Source: Eledone cirrhosa (taxonomy: Eukaryota). From it: 64,000 nucleotides of DNA. Below, piece by piece: positions 33,914 through 48,680 of the stretch. The DNA lies in the NCBI GenBank assembly GCA_964016885.1, contig OZ024743.1, forward strand, positions 271,622,001 to 271,686,000, given 5' to 3'. Positions within the stretch are counted from its first letter, which is position 1; the number at the start of each line of letters is the position of its first letter. Position numbers and translations under genes: made by a program. The notes beneath the pieces were generated by a model that was given only the letters and a program-made list of their open reading frames with translations, searched no databases and had not been told where the DNA came from.

Positions 33914-36900
33914 GTAACAGCAATAACAACAGTAATGACAACAACAGTAACAGCAATAACAACAGTAATGACAACACCAACAGTAACAGAAATAATAACA
34001 ACAGTAATTACAACAACAACAGTAACAGCAATAACAACAGTAATGACAACAACAGTAACAGCAATAACAACAGTAATGACAACACCAACAGTAACAGAAA
34101 TAATAACAACAGTAATTACAACAACAACAGTAACAGCAATAACAACAGTAATGACAACACCAGTAACAGCAATAACAACAGTAATGACAACAACAGTAAC
34201 AGCAACAACAACAGTAATTACAACAACAACAGTAACAGCAATAACAACAGCAATGACAACAACAACAGTAACAGCAATAACAACAGTAATGACAACAACA
34301 ACAGTAACAGCAATAACAACAGTAATGGCAACAACAGTAACAGCAATAACAACAGTAATGACAACAACAACAATAACGGCAATAACAACAATAATGACAA
34401 CAACAGTAACAGCAATAACAACAGTAATGACAACAACAGTAACAGCAATAATAACAGTAATGACAACAACAGTAACAGCAATAACAACAGTAATGACAAC
34501 AACAGTAACAGCAATAACAACAGTAATGACAACAACAACAGTAACAGTAATGTCAACAACAACAGTAACAGCAATAATAACAGTAATGACAACAACAGTA
34601 ACAGCAATAATAACAGTAATGACAACAACAATAGTAACATAAATAATAACAGCAATAACAACAGTAATGACAACAACAACAGTAACAGCAATAACAACAG
34701 TAATGACAACAACAACAGTAACAGCAATAATAACAGTAATGACAACAACAACAGTAACAGCAATAATAACAGTAATGACAACAACAGTAACAGCAATAAC
34801 AACAGTAATGACAACAACAACAGTAACAGCAATAACAACAGTAATGACATCAACAGTAACAGTAATGACAACAACAATAGTAACAGAAATAATAACAACA
34901 GCAATGACAACAACAACAGTAACAGCAATAACAACAGTAACAGCAATAACAACAGTAATGACAACAACAACAGTAACAGCAATAATAACAGTAATGACAA
35001 CAACAGTAACAGCAATAATAACAGTAATGACAACAACAATAGTAACAGCAATAACAACAGTAATGACAACAACAACAGTAACAGCAATAACAACAGTAAT
35101 GACAACAACAGTAACAGCAATAACAACAGTAATGACAACAACAACAGTAACAGCAATAATAACAGTAATGACAACAACAGTAACAGCAATAATAACAGTA
35201 ATGACAACAACAATAGTAACAGAAATAATAACAGTAATGACAACAACAATAGTAACAGCAATAACAACAGTAATGACAACAACAACAGTAACAGCAATAA
35301 CAACAGTAACAGCAATAACAACAGTAATGACAACAACAACAACAGTAACAGCAATAACAACAGTAACAGCAATAACAACAGTAATGACAAGAACAACAGT
35401 AACAGCAATAACAACAGTAACAGCAATAACAACAGTAATGACAACAACAACAGTAACAGCAATAACAACAGTAATGACAACAACAGTAACAGCAATAACA
35501 ACAGTAATGACAACAACAACAGTAACAGCAATAATAACAGTAATGACAACAACAGTAACAGCAATAATAACAGTAATGACAACAACAATAGTAACAGAAA
35601 TAATAACAGCAATAACAACAGTAATGACAACAACAACAGTAACAGCAATAACAACAGTAATGACAACAACAAAAGTAACAGCAATAACAACAATAATGAC
35701 AACAACAACAGTAACAGCAATAATAACAGTAATGACAACAACAACAGTAACAGCAATAATAACAGTAATGACAACAACAGTAACAGCAATAACAACAGTA
35801 ATGACAACAACAACAGTAACAGCAATAACAACAGTAATGACATCAAAAGTAACAGTAATGACAACAACAATAGTAACAGAAATAATAACAACAGCAATGA
35901 CAACAACAACAGTAACAGCAATAACAACAGTAACAGCAATAACAACAGTAATGACAACAACAACAGTAACAGCAATAATAACAGTAATGACAACAACAAT
36001 AGTAACAGCAATAACAACAGTAATGACAACAAGAACAGTAACAGCAATAACAACAGTAACAGCAATAACAACAGTAATGACAACAACAACAGTAACAGCA
36101 ATAACAACAGTAACAGCAATAACAACAGTAATGACAACAACAACAACAGTAACAGCAATAACAACAGTAACAGCAATAACAACAGTAATGACAACAACAA
36201 CAGTAACAGCAATAACAACAGTAATGACAACAACAATAGTAACAGCAATAACAACAGTAATGACAACAACAACAGTAACAGCAATAACAACAGTAATGAC
36301 AACAACAGTAACAGCAATAACAACAGTAATGACAGCCACAACAGTAACAGCAATAATAACAGTAATGACAACAACAGTAACAGCAATAATAACAGTAATG
36401 ACAACAACAATAGTAACAGAAATAATAACAGTAATGACAACAACAATAGCAACAGCAATAACAACAGTAATGACAACAACAACAGTAACATCAATAACAA
36501 CAGTAACAGCAATAACAACAGTAATGACAACAACAACAACAGTAACAGCAATAACAACAGTAACAGCAATAACAACAGTAATGACAACAACAACAGTAAC
36601 AGCAATAACAACAGTAATGACAACAACAACAGTAACAGCAATAACAACAGTAATGACAACAACAGTAACAGCAATAACAACAGTAATGACAACAACAACA
36701 ATAACAGCAATAACAACAGTAATGACAACAACAGTAACAGCAATAACAACAGTAATGACAACAACAGTAACAGCAATAATAACAGTAATGACAACAACAG
36801 TAACAGCAATAATAACAGTAATGACAACAACAGTAACAGCAATAACAACAGTAATGACAACAACAATAGTAACAGCAATAACAACAGTAATGACAACAAC

Positions 36901-38593
36901 AACAGTAACAGCAATAACAACAGTAACAGCAATAACAACAGTAATGACAACAACAACAACAGTAACAGCAATAACAACAGTAACAGCAATAACAACAGTA
37001 ATGACAACAACAACAGTAACAGCAATAACAACAGTAACAGCAATAACAACAGTAATGACAACAACAACAGTAACAGCAATAACAACAGTAATGACAACAA
37101 CAGTAACAGCAATAACAACAGTAATGACAACAACAACAGTAACAGCAATAATAACAGTAATGACAACAACAGTAACAGCAATAATAACAGTAATGACAAC
37201 AACAATAGTAACAGCAATAACAACAGTAATGACAACAACAACAGTAACAGCAATAACAACAGTAACAGCAATAACAACAGTAATGACAACAACAACAACA
37301 GTAACAGCAATAACAACAGTAACAGCAATAACAACAGTAATGACAACAACAACAGTAACAGCAATAACAACAGTAACAGCAATAACAACAGTAATGACAA
37401 CAACAACAGTAACAGCAATAACAACAGTAATGACAACAACAGTAACAGCAATAACAACAGTAATGACAACAACAACAGTAACAGCAATAATAACAGTAAT
37501 GACAACAACAGTAACAGCAATAATAACAGTAATGACAACAACAATAGTAACAGAAATAATAACAGCAATAACAACAGTAATGACAACAACAACAGTAACA
37601 GCAATAACAACAGTAATGACAACAACAAAAGTAACAGCAATAACAACAGTAATGACAACAACAACAGTAACAGCAATAATAACAGTAATGACAACAACAA
37701 CAGTAACAGCAATAATAACAGTAATGACAACAACAGTAACAGCAATAACAACAGTAATGACAACAACAACAGTAACAGCAATAACAACAGTAATGACATC
37801 AACAGTAACAGTAATGACAACAACAATAGTAACAGAAATAATAACAACAGCAATGACAACAACAACAGTAACAGCAATAACAACAGTAACAGCAATAACA
37901 ACAGTAATGACAACAACAGTAACAGCAATAACAACAGTAATGACAACAACAGTAACAGCAATAACAACAGTAATGACAACAACAACAGTAACAGCAATAA
38001 TAACAGTAATGACAACAACAGTAACAGCAATAATAACAGTAATGACAACAACAATAGTAACAGAAATAATAACAGTAATGACAACAACAATAGTAACAGC
38101 AATAACAACAGTAATGACAACAAGAACAGTAACAGCAATAACAACAGTAACAGCAATAACAACAGTAATGACAACAACAACAGTAACAGCAATAACAACA
38201 GTAACAGCAATAACAAAAGTAATGACAACAACAACAACAGTAACAGCAATAACAACAGTAACAGCAATAACAACAGTAATGACAACAACAACAGTAACAG
38301 CAATAACAACAGTAATGACAACAACAATAGTAACAGCAATAACAACAGTAATGACAACAACAACAGTAACAGCAATAACAACAGTAATGACAACAACAGT
38401 AACAGCAATAACAACAGTAATGACAACAACAACAATAACGGCAATAACAACTGTAATGACAACAACAGTAACAGCAATAACAACAGTAATGACAACAACA
38501 GTAACAGCAATAATAATAGTAATGACAAGAACAACAGTAACAGCAATAACAACAGTAATGACAACAACAGTAACAGCAATAACAACAGTAATG

Positions 38594-38626
<33 letters not shown>

Positions 38627-41600
38627 GTAACAGCAATAACAACAGTAATGACAACAACAGTAACAGCAATAACAACAGTAATGACAACACCAACAGTAAC
38701 AGAAATAATAACAACAGTAATTACAACAACAACAGTAACAGCAATAACAACAGTAATGACAACAACAGTAACAGCAATAACAACAGTAATGACAACACCA
38801 ACAGTAACAGAAATAATAACAACAGTAATTACAACAACAACAGTAACAGCAATAACAACAGTAATGACAACACCAGTAACAGCAATAACAACAGTAATGA
38901 CAACAACAGTAACAGCAACAACAACAGTAATTACAACAACAACAGTAACAGCAATAACAACAGCAATGACAACAACAACAGTAACAGCAATAACAACAGT
39001 AATGACAACAACAACAGTAACAGCAATAACAACAGTAATGGCAACAACAGTAACAGCAATAACAACAGTAATGACAACAACAACAATAACGGCAATAACA
39101 ACAATAATGACAACAACAGTAACAGCAATAACAACAGTAATGACAACAACAGTAACAGCAATAATAACAGTAATGACAACAACAGTAACAGCAATAACAA
39201 CAGTAATGACAACAACAGTAACAGCAATAACAACAGTAATGACAACAACAACAGTAACAGTAATGTCAACAACAACAGTAACAGCAATAATAACAGTAAT
39301 GACAACAACAGTAACAGCAATAATAACAGTAATGACAACAACAATAGTAACATAAATAATAACAGCAATAACAACAGTAATGACAACAACAACAGTAACA
39401 GCAATAACAACAGTAATGACAACAACAACAGTAACAGCAATAATAACAGTAATGACAACAACAACAGTAACAGCAATAATAACAGTAATGACAACAACAG
39501 TAACAGCAATAACAACAGTAATGACAACAACAACAGTAACAGCAATAACAACAGTAATGACATCAACAGTAACAGTAATGACAACAACAATAGTAACAGA
39601 AATAATAACAACAGCAATGACAACAACAACAGTAACAGCAATAACAACAGTAACAGCAATAACAACAGTAATGACAACAACAACAGTAACAGCAATAATA
39701 ACAGTAATGACAACAACAGTAACAGCAATAATAACAGTAATGACAACAACAATAGTAACAGCAATAACAACAGTAATGACAACAACAACAGTAACAGCAA
39801 TAACAACAGTAATGACAACAACAGTAACAGCAATAACAACAGTAATGACAACAACAACAGTAACAGCAATAATAACAGTAATGACAACAACAGTAACAGC
39901 AATAATAACAGTAATGACAACAACAATAGTAACAGAAATAATAACAGTAATGACAACAACAATAGTAACAGCAATAACAACAGTAATGACAACAACAACA
40001 GTAACAGCAATAACAACAGTAACAGCAATAACAACAGTAATGACAACAACAACAACAGTAACAGCAATAACAACAGTAACAGCAATAACAACAGTAATGA
40101 CAAGAACAACAGTAACAGCAATAACAACAGTAACAGCAATAACAACAGTAATGACAACAACAACAGTAACAGCAATAACAACAGTAATGACAACAACAGT
40201 AACAGCAATAACAACAGTAATGACAACAACAACAGTAACAGCAATAATAACAGTAATGACAACAACAGTAACAGCAATAATAACAGTAATGACAACAACA
40301 ATAGTAACAGAAATAATAACAGCAATAACAACAGTAATGACAACAACAACAGTAACAGCAATAACAACAGTAATGACAACAACAAAAGTAACAGCAATAA
40401 CAACAATAATGACAACAACAACAGTAACAGCAATAATAACAGTAATGACAACAACAACAGTAACAGCAATAATAACAGTAATGACAACAACAGTAACAGC
40501 AATAACAACAGTAATGACAACAACAACAGTAACAGCAATAACAACAGTAATGACATCAAAAGTAACAGTAATGACAACAACAATAGTAACAGAAATAATA
40601 ACAACAGCAATGACAACAACAACAGTAACAGCAATAACAACAGTAACAGCAATAACAACAGTAATGACAACAACAACAGTAACAGCAATAATAACAGTAA
40701 TGACAACAACAATAGTAACAGCAATAACAACAGTAATGACAACAACAACAGTAACAGCAATAACAACAGTAATGACAACAACAGTAACAGCAATAACAAC
40801 AGTAATGACAACAACAACAGTAACAGCAATAATAACAGTAATGACAACAACAGTAACAGCAATAATAACAGTAATGACAACAACAATAGTAACAGAAATA
40901 ATAACAGTAATGACAACAACAATAGTAACAGCAATAACAACAGTAATGACAACAAGAACAGTAACAGCAATAACAACAGTAACAGCAATAACAACAGTAA
41001 TGACAACAACAACAGTAACAGCAATAACAACAGTAACAGCAATAACAACAGTAATGACAACAACAACAACAGTAACAGCAATAACAACAGTAACAGCAAT
41101 AACAACAGTAATGACAACAACAACAGTAACAGCAATAACAACAGTAATGACAACAACAATAGTAACAGCAATAACAACAGTAATGACAACAACAACAGTA
41201 ACAGCAATAACAACAGTAATGACAACAACAGTAACAGCAATAACAACAGTAATGACAGCCACAACAGTAACAGCAATAATAACAGTAATGACAACAACAG
41301 TAACAGCAATAATAACAGTAATGACAACAACAATAGTAACAGAAATAATAACAGTAATGACAACAACAATAGCAACAGCAATAACAACAGTAATGACAAC
41401 AACAACAGTAACATCAATAACAACAGTAACAGCAATAACAACAGTAATGACAACAACAACAACAGTAACAGCAATAACAACAGTAACAGCAATAACAACA
41501 GTAATGACAACAACAACAGTAACAGCAATAACAACAGTAATGACAACAACAACAGTAACAGCAATAACAACAGTAATGACAACAACAGTAACAGCAATAA

Positions 41601-41790
41601 CAACAGTAATGACAACAACAACAATAACAGCAATAACAACAGTAATGACAACAACAGTAACAGCAATAACAACAGTAATGACAACAACAGTAACAGCAAT
41701 AATAACAGTAATGACAACAACAGTAACAGCAATAATAACAGTAATGACAACAACAGTAACAGCAATAACAACAGTAATGACAACAACAAT
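27560..41790. repeat. Higher-order repeat of about 4.9 kb, about three tandem copies (4923 and 4713 bp periods)
   Basis: Private aacataaat variant (TAA at 29717, 34640, 39353), agccac at 31621/36334/41257, (ACA)11 at 28958/33881/38594. A 210-bp deletion lies in the middle copy near 36.0 kb. Boundaries approximate. Confidence 0.92.
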
Positions 41791-42693
41791 AGTAACAGAA
41801 ATAATAACAGCAATAACAACAGTAATGACAACAACAGTAACAGCAATAATAACAGTAATGACAACAACAGTAACAGCAATAACAACAGTAATGACAACAA
41901 CAGTAACAGCAATAACAACAGTAATGACAACAACAGTAACAGCAATAACAACAGTAATGACAACAACAATAGTAACAGTAATGACAACACCAGTAACATC
42001 AATAACAACAGTAATGACAACAACAACAGTAACAGCAATAACAACAGTAATGACAACAACAACAGTAACAGCAATAATAACAGTAATGACAACAACAACA
42101 GTAACAGCAATAATAACAGTAATGACAACAACAGTAACAGCAATAACAACAGTAATGACAACAACAACAGTAACAGCAATAACAACAGTAATGTCATCAA
42201 CAGTAACAGTAATGACAACAACAATAGTAACAGAAATAATAACAACAGCAATGACAACAACAACAGTAACAGCAATAACAACAGTAATGACAACAACAAC
42301 AGTAACAGCAATAATAACAGTAATGACAACAACAGTAACAGCAATAATAACAGTAATGACAACAACAATAGTAACAGCAATAACAACAGTAATGACAACA
42401 ACAACAGTAACAGCAATAACAACAGTAATGACAACAACAGTAACAGCAATAACAACAGTAATGACAACAACAACAGTAACAGCAATAATAACAGTAATGA
42501 CAACAACAGTAACAGCAATAATAACTGTAATGACAACAACAATAGTAACAGAAATAATAACAGTAATGACAACAACAATAGTAACAGCAATAACAACAGT
42601 AATGACAACAACAACAGTAACAGCAATAACAACAGTAACAGCAATAACAACAGTAATGACAACAACAACAACAGTAACAGCAATAACAACAGT

Positions 42694-43912
42694 AACAGCA
42701 ATAACAACAGTAATGACAACAACAACAGTAACAGCAATAACAACAGTAACAGCAATAACAACAGTAATGACAACAACAACAGTAACAGCAATAACAACAG
42801 TAATGACAACAACAGTAACAGCAATAACAACAGTAATGACAACAACAACAGTAACAGCAATAATAACAGTAATGACAACAACAGTAACAGCAATAATAAC
42901 AGTAATGACAACAACAATAGTAACAGAAATAATAACAGCAATAACAACAGTAATGACAACAACAACAGTAACAGCAATAACAACAGTAATGACAACAACA
43001 AAAGTAACAGCAATAACAACAGTAATGACAACAACAACAGTAACAGCAATAATAACAGTAATGACAACAACAACAGTAACAGCAATAATAACAGTAATGA
43101 CAACAACAGTAACAGCAATAACAACAGTAATGACAACAACAACAGTAACAGCAATAACAACAGTAATGACATCAACAGTAACAGTAATGACAACAACAAT
43201 AGTAACAGAAATAATAACAACAGCAATGACAACAACAACAGTAACAGCAATAACAACAGTAACAGCAATAACAACAGTAATGACAACAACAGTAACAGCA
43301 ATAACAACAGTAATGACAACAACAACAGTAACAGCAATAATAACAGTAATGACAACAACAGTAACAGCAATAATAACAGTAATGACAACAACAATAGTAA
43401 CAGAAATAATAACAGTAATGACAACAACAATAGTAACAGCAATAACAACAGTAATGACAACAAGAACAGTAACAGCAATAACAACAGTAACAGCAATAAC
43501 AACAGTAATGACAACAACAACAGTAACAGCAATAACAACAGTAACAGCAATAACAAAAGTAATGACAACAACAACAACAGTAACAGCAATAACAACAGTA
43601 ACAGCAATAACAACAGTAATGACAACAACAACAGTAACAGCAATAACAACAGTAATGACAACAACAATAGTAACAGCAATAACAACAGTAATGACAACAA
43701 CAACAGTAACAGCAATAACAACAGTAATGACAACAACAGTAACAGCAATAACAACAGTAATGACAACAACAACAATAACGGCAATAACAACAGCAATAAC
43801 AACAGTAATGACAACAACAGTAACAGCAATAATAATAGTAATGACAAGAACAACAGTAACAGCAATAACAACAGTAATGACAACAACAGTAACAGCAATA
43901 ACAACAGTAATG

Positions 43913-43945
<33 letters not shown>

Positions 43946-46900
43946 GTAACAGCAATAACAACAGTAATGACAACAACAGTAACAGCAATAACAACAGTAA
44001 TGACAACACCAACAGTAACAGAAATAATAACAACAGTAATTACAACAACAACAGTAACAGCAATAACAACAGTAATGACAACAACAGTAACAGCAATAAC
44101 AACAGTAATGACAACACCAACAGTTACAGAAATAATAACAACAGTAATTACAACAACAACAGTAACAGCAATAACAACAGTAATGACAACACCAGTAACA
44201 GCAATAACAACAGTAATGACAACAACAGTAACAGCAACAACAACAGTAATTACAACAACAACAGTAACAGCAATAACAACAGCAATGACAACAACAACAG
44301 TAACAGCAATAACAACAGTAATGACAACAACAACAGTAACAGCAATAACAACAGTAATGGCAACAACAGTAACAGCAATAACAACAGTAATGACAACAAC
44401 AACAATAACGGCAATAACAACAATAATGACAACAACAGTAACAGCAATAACAACAGTAATGACAACAACAGTAACAGCAATAATAACAGTAATGACAACA
44501 ACAGTAACAGCAATAACAACAGTAATGACAACAACAGTAACAGCAATAACAACAGTAATGACAACAACAACAGTAACAGCAATAATAACAGTAATGACAA
44601 CAACAGTAACAGCAATAATAACAGTAATGACAACAACAATAGTAACAGCAATAACAACAGTAATGACAACAACAACAGTAACAGCAATAACAACAGAAAT
44701 GACAACAACAGTAACAGCAATAACAACAGTAATGACAACAACAACAGTAACAGCAATAATAACAGTAATGACAACAACAGTAACAGCAATAATAACAGTA
44801 ATGACAACAACAATAGTAACAGAAATAATAACAGTAATGACAACAACAATAGTAACAGCAATAACAACAGTAATGACAACAACAACAGTAACAGCAATAA
44901 CAACAGTAACAGCAATAACAACAGTAATGACAACAACAACAACAGTAACAGCAATAACAACAGTAACAGCAATAACAACAGTAATGACAACAACAACAGT
45001 AACAGCAATAACAACAGTAACAGCAATAACAACAGTAATGACAACAACAACAGTAACAGCAATAACAACAGTAATGACAACAACAGTAACAGCAATAACA
45101 ACAGTAATGACAACAACAACAGTAACAGCAATAATAACAGTAATGACAACAACAGTAACAGCAATAATAACAGTAATGACAACAACAATAGTAACAGAAA
45201 TAATAACAGCAATAACAACAGTAATGACAACAACAACAGTAACAGCAATAACAACAGTAATGACAACAACAAAAGTAACAGCAATAACAACAATAATGAC
45301 AACAACAAGAGTAACAGCAATAATAACAGTAATGACAACAACAACAGTAACAGCAATAATAACAGTAATGACAACAACAGTAACAGCAATAACAACAGTA
45401 ATGACAACAACAACAGTAACAGCAATAACAACAGTAATGACATCAACAGTAACAGTAATGACAACAACAATAGTAACAGAAATAATAACAACAGCAATGA
45501 CAACAACAACAGTAACAGCAATAACAACAGTAACAGCAATAACAACAGTAATGACAACAACAACAGTAACAGCAATAATAACAGTAATGACAACAACAAT
45601 AGTAACAGCAATAACAACAGTAATGACAACAACAACAGTAACAGCAATAACAACAGTAATGACAACAACAGTAACAGCAATAACAACAGTAATGACAACA
45701 ACAACAGTAACAGCAATAATAACAGTAATGACAACAACAGTAACAGCAATAATAACAGTAATGACAACAACAATAGTAACAGAAATAATAACAGTAATGA
45801 CAACAACAATAGTAACAGCAATAACAACAGTAATGACAACAAGAACAGTAACAGCAATAACAACAGTAACAGCAATAACAACAGTAATGACAACAACAAC
45901 AGTAACAGCAATAACAACAGTAACAACAATAACAACAGTAATGACAACAACAACAACAGTAACAGCAATAACAACAGTAACAGCAATAACAACAGTAATG
46001 ACAACAACAACAGTAACAGCAATAACAACAGTAATGACAACAACAATAGTAACAGCAATAACAACAGTAATGACAACAACAACAGTAACAGCAATAACAA
46101 CAGTAATGACAACAACAGTAACAGCAATAACAACAGTAATGACAGCAACAACAGTAACAGCAATAATAACAGTAATGACAACAACAGTAACAGCAATAAT
46201 AACAGTAATGACAACAACAATAGTAACAGAAATAATAACAGTAATGACAACAACAATAGCAACAGCAATAACAACAGTAATGACAACAACAACAGTAACA
46301 TCAATAACAACAGTAACAGCAATAACAACAGTAATGACAACAACAACAACAGTAACAGCAATAACAACAGTAACAGCAATAACAACAGTAATGACAACAA
46401 CAACAGTAACAGCAATAACAACAGTAATGACAACAACAACAGTAACAGCAATAACAACAGTAATGACAACAACAGTAACAGCAATAACAACAGTAATGAC
46501 AACAACAACAATAACAGCAATAACAACAGTAATGACAACAACAGTAACAGCAATAACAACAGTAATGACAACAACAGTAACAGCAATAATAACAGTAATG
46601 ACAACAACAATAACAGCAATAACAACAGTAATGACAACAACAGTAACAGCAATAACAACAGTAATGACAACAACAGTAACAGCAATAACAACAGTAATGA
46701 CAACAACAACAGTAACAGTAATGACAAGACCAGTAACAGCAATAACAACAGTAATGACAACAACAACAGTAACAGCAATAATAACAGTAATGACAACAAC
46801 AGTAACAGCAATAATAACAGTAATGACAACAACAATAGTAACAGAAATAATAACAGCAATAACAACAGTAATGACAACAACAACAGTAACAGCAATAATA

Positions 46901-48680
46901 ACAGTAATGACAACAACAACAGTAACAGCAATAATAACAGTAATGACAACAACAGTAACAGCAATAACAACAGTAATGACAACAACAACAGTAACAGCAA
47001 TAACAACAGTAATGACATCAACAGTAACATTAATGACAACAACAATAGTAACAGAAATAATAACAACAGCAATGACAACAACAACAGCAACAGCAATAAC
47101 AACAGTAACAGCAATAACAACAGTAATGACAACAACAACAGTAACAGCAATAACAACAGTAACAGCAATAACAACAGTAATGACAACAACAACAGTAACA
47201 GCAATAACAACAGTAACAGCAATAACAACAGTAATGACAACAACAACAGTAACAGCAATAACAACAGTAATGACAACAACAGTAACAGCAATAACAACAG
47301 TAATGACAACAACAGTAACAGCAATAACAACAGTAATGACAACAACAGTAACAGCAATAATAACAGTAATGACAACAACATTAACAGCAATAACAACAGT
47401 AATGACAACAACAGTAACAGCAATAACAACAGTAATGACAACAACAGTAACAGCAATAACAACAGTAATGACAACAACAACAGTAACAGCAATAATAACA
47501 GTAATGACAACAACAGTAACAGCAATAACAACAGTAATGACAACAACAACAGTAACAGCAATAACAACAGTAATGACATCAACAGTAACAGTAATGACAA
47601 CAACAATAGTAACAGAAATAATAACAACAGCAATGACAACAACAACAGTAACAGCAATAACAACAGTAACAGCAATAACAACAGTAATGACAACAACAAC
47701 AACAGTAACAGCAATAACAACAGTAACAGCAATAACAACAGTAATGACAACAACAACAGTAACAGCAATAACAACAGTAACAGCAATAACAACAGTAATG
47801 ACAACAACAACAGTAACAGCAATAACAACAGTAATGACAACAACAGTAACAGCAATAACAACAGTAATGACAACAACAACAATAACGGCAATAACAACAG
47901 TAATGACAACAACAGTAACAGCAATAACAACAGTAATGACAACAACAGTAACAGCAATAATAACAGTAATGACAACAACAGTAACAGCAATAACAACAGT
48001 AATGACAACAACAGTAACAGCAATAACAACAGTAATGACAACAACAATAGTAACAGTAATGACAACACCAGTAACAGCAATAACAACAGTAATGACAACA
48101 ACAACAGTAACAGCAATAATAACAGTAATGACAACAACAGTAACAGCAATAATAACAGTAATGACAACAACAATAGTAACAGAAATAATAACAGCAATAA
48201 CAACAGTAATGACAACAACAACAGTAACAGCAATAACAACAGTAATGACAACAACAACAGTAACAGCAATAATAACAGTAATGACAACAACAACAGTAAC
48301 AGCAATAATAACAGTAATGACAACAACAGTAACAGCAATAACAACAGTAATGACAACAACAACAGTAACAGCAATAACAACAGTAATGACATCAACAGTA
48401 ACAGTAATGACAACAACAATAGTAACAGAAATAATAACAACAGCAATGACAACAACAACAGTAACAGCAATAACAACAGTAATGACAACAACAACAGTAA
48501 CAGCAATAATAACAGTAATGACAACAACAGTAACAGCAATAATAACAGTAATGACAACAACAATAGTAACAGCAATAACAACAGTAATGACAACAACAAC
48601 AGTAACAGCAATAACAACAGTAATGACAACAACAGTAACAGCAATAACAACAGTAATGACAACAACAACAGTAACAGCAA
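42694..48680. repeat. Dispersed third partial copy (about 6 kb) of the 12.3-kb unit
   Basis: Offset 42693 from copy 1: (ACA)11 at 1220/43913, agttacaga at ~1429/44122, ORF end 1557/44250. Match is lost near 48680. Confidence 0.88.
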
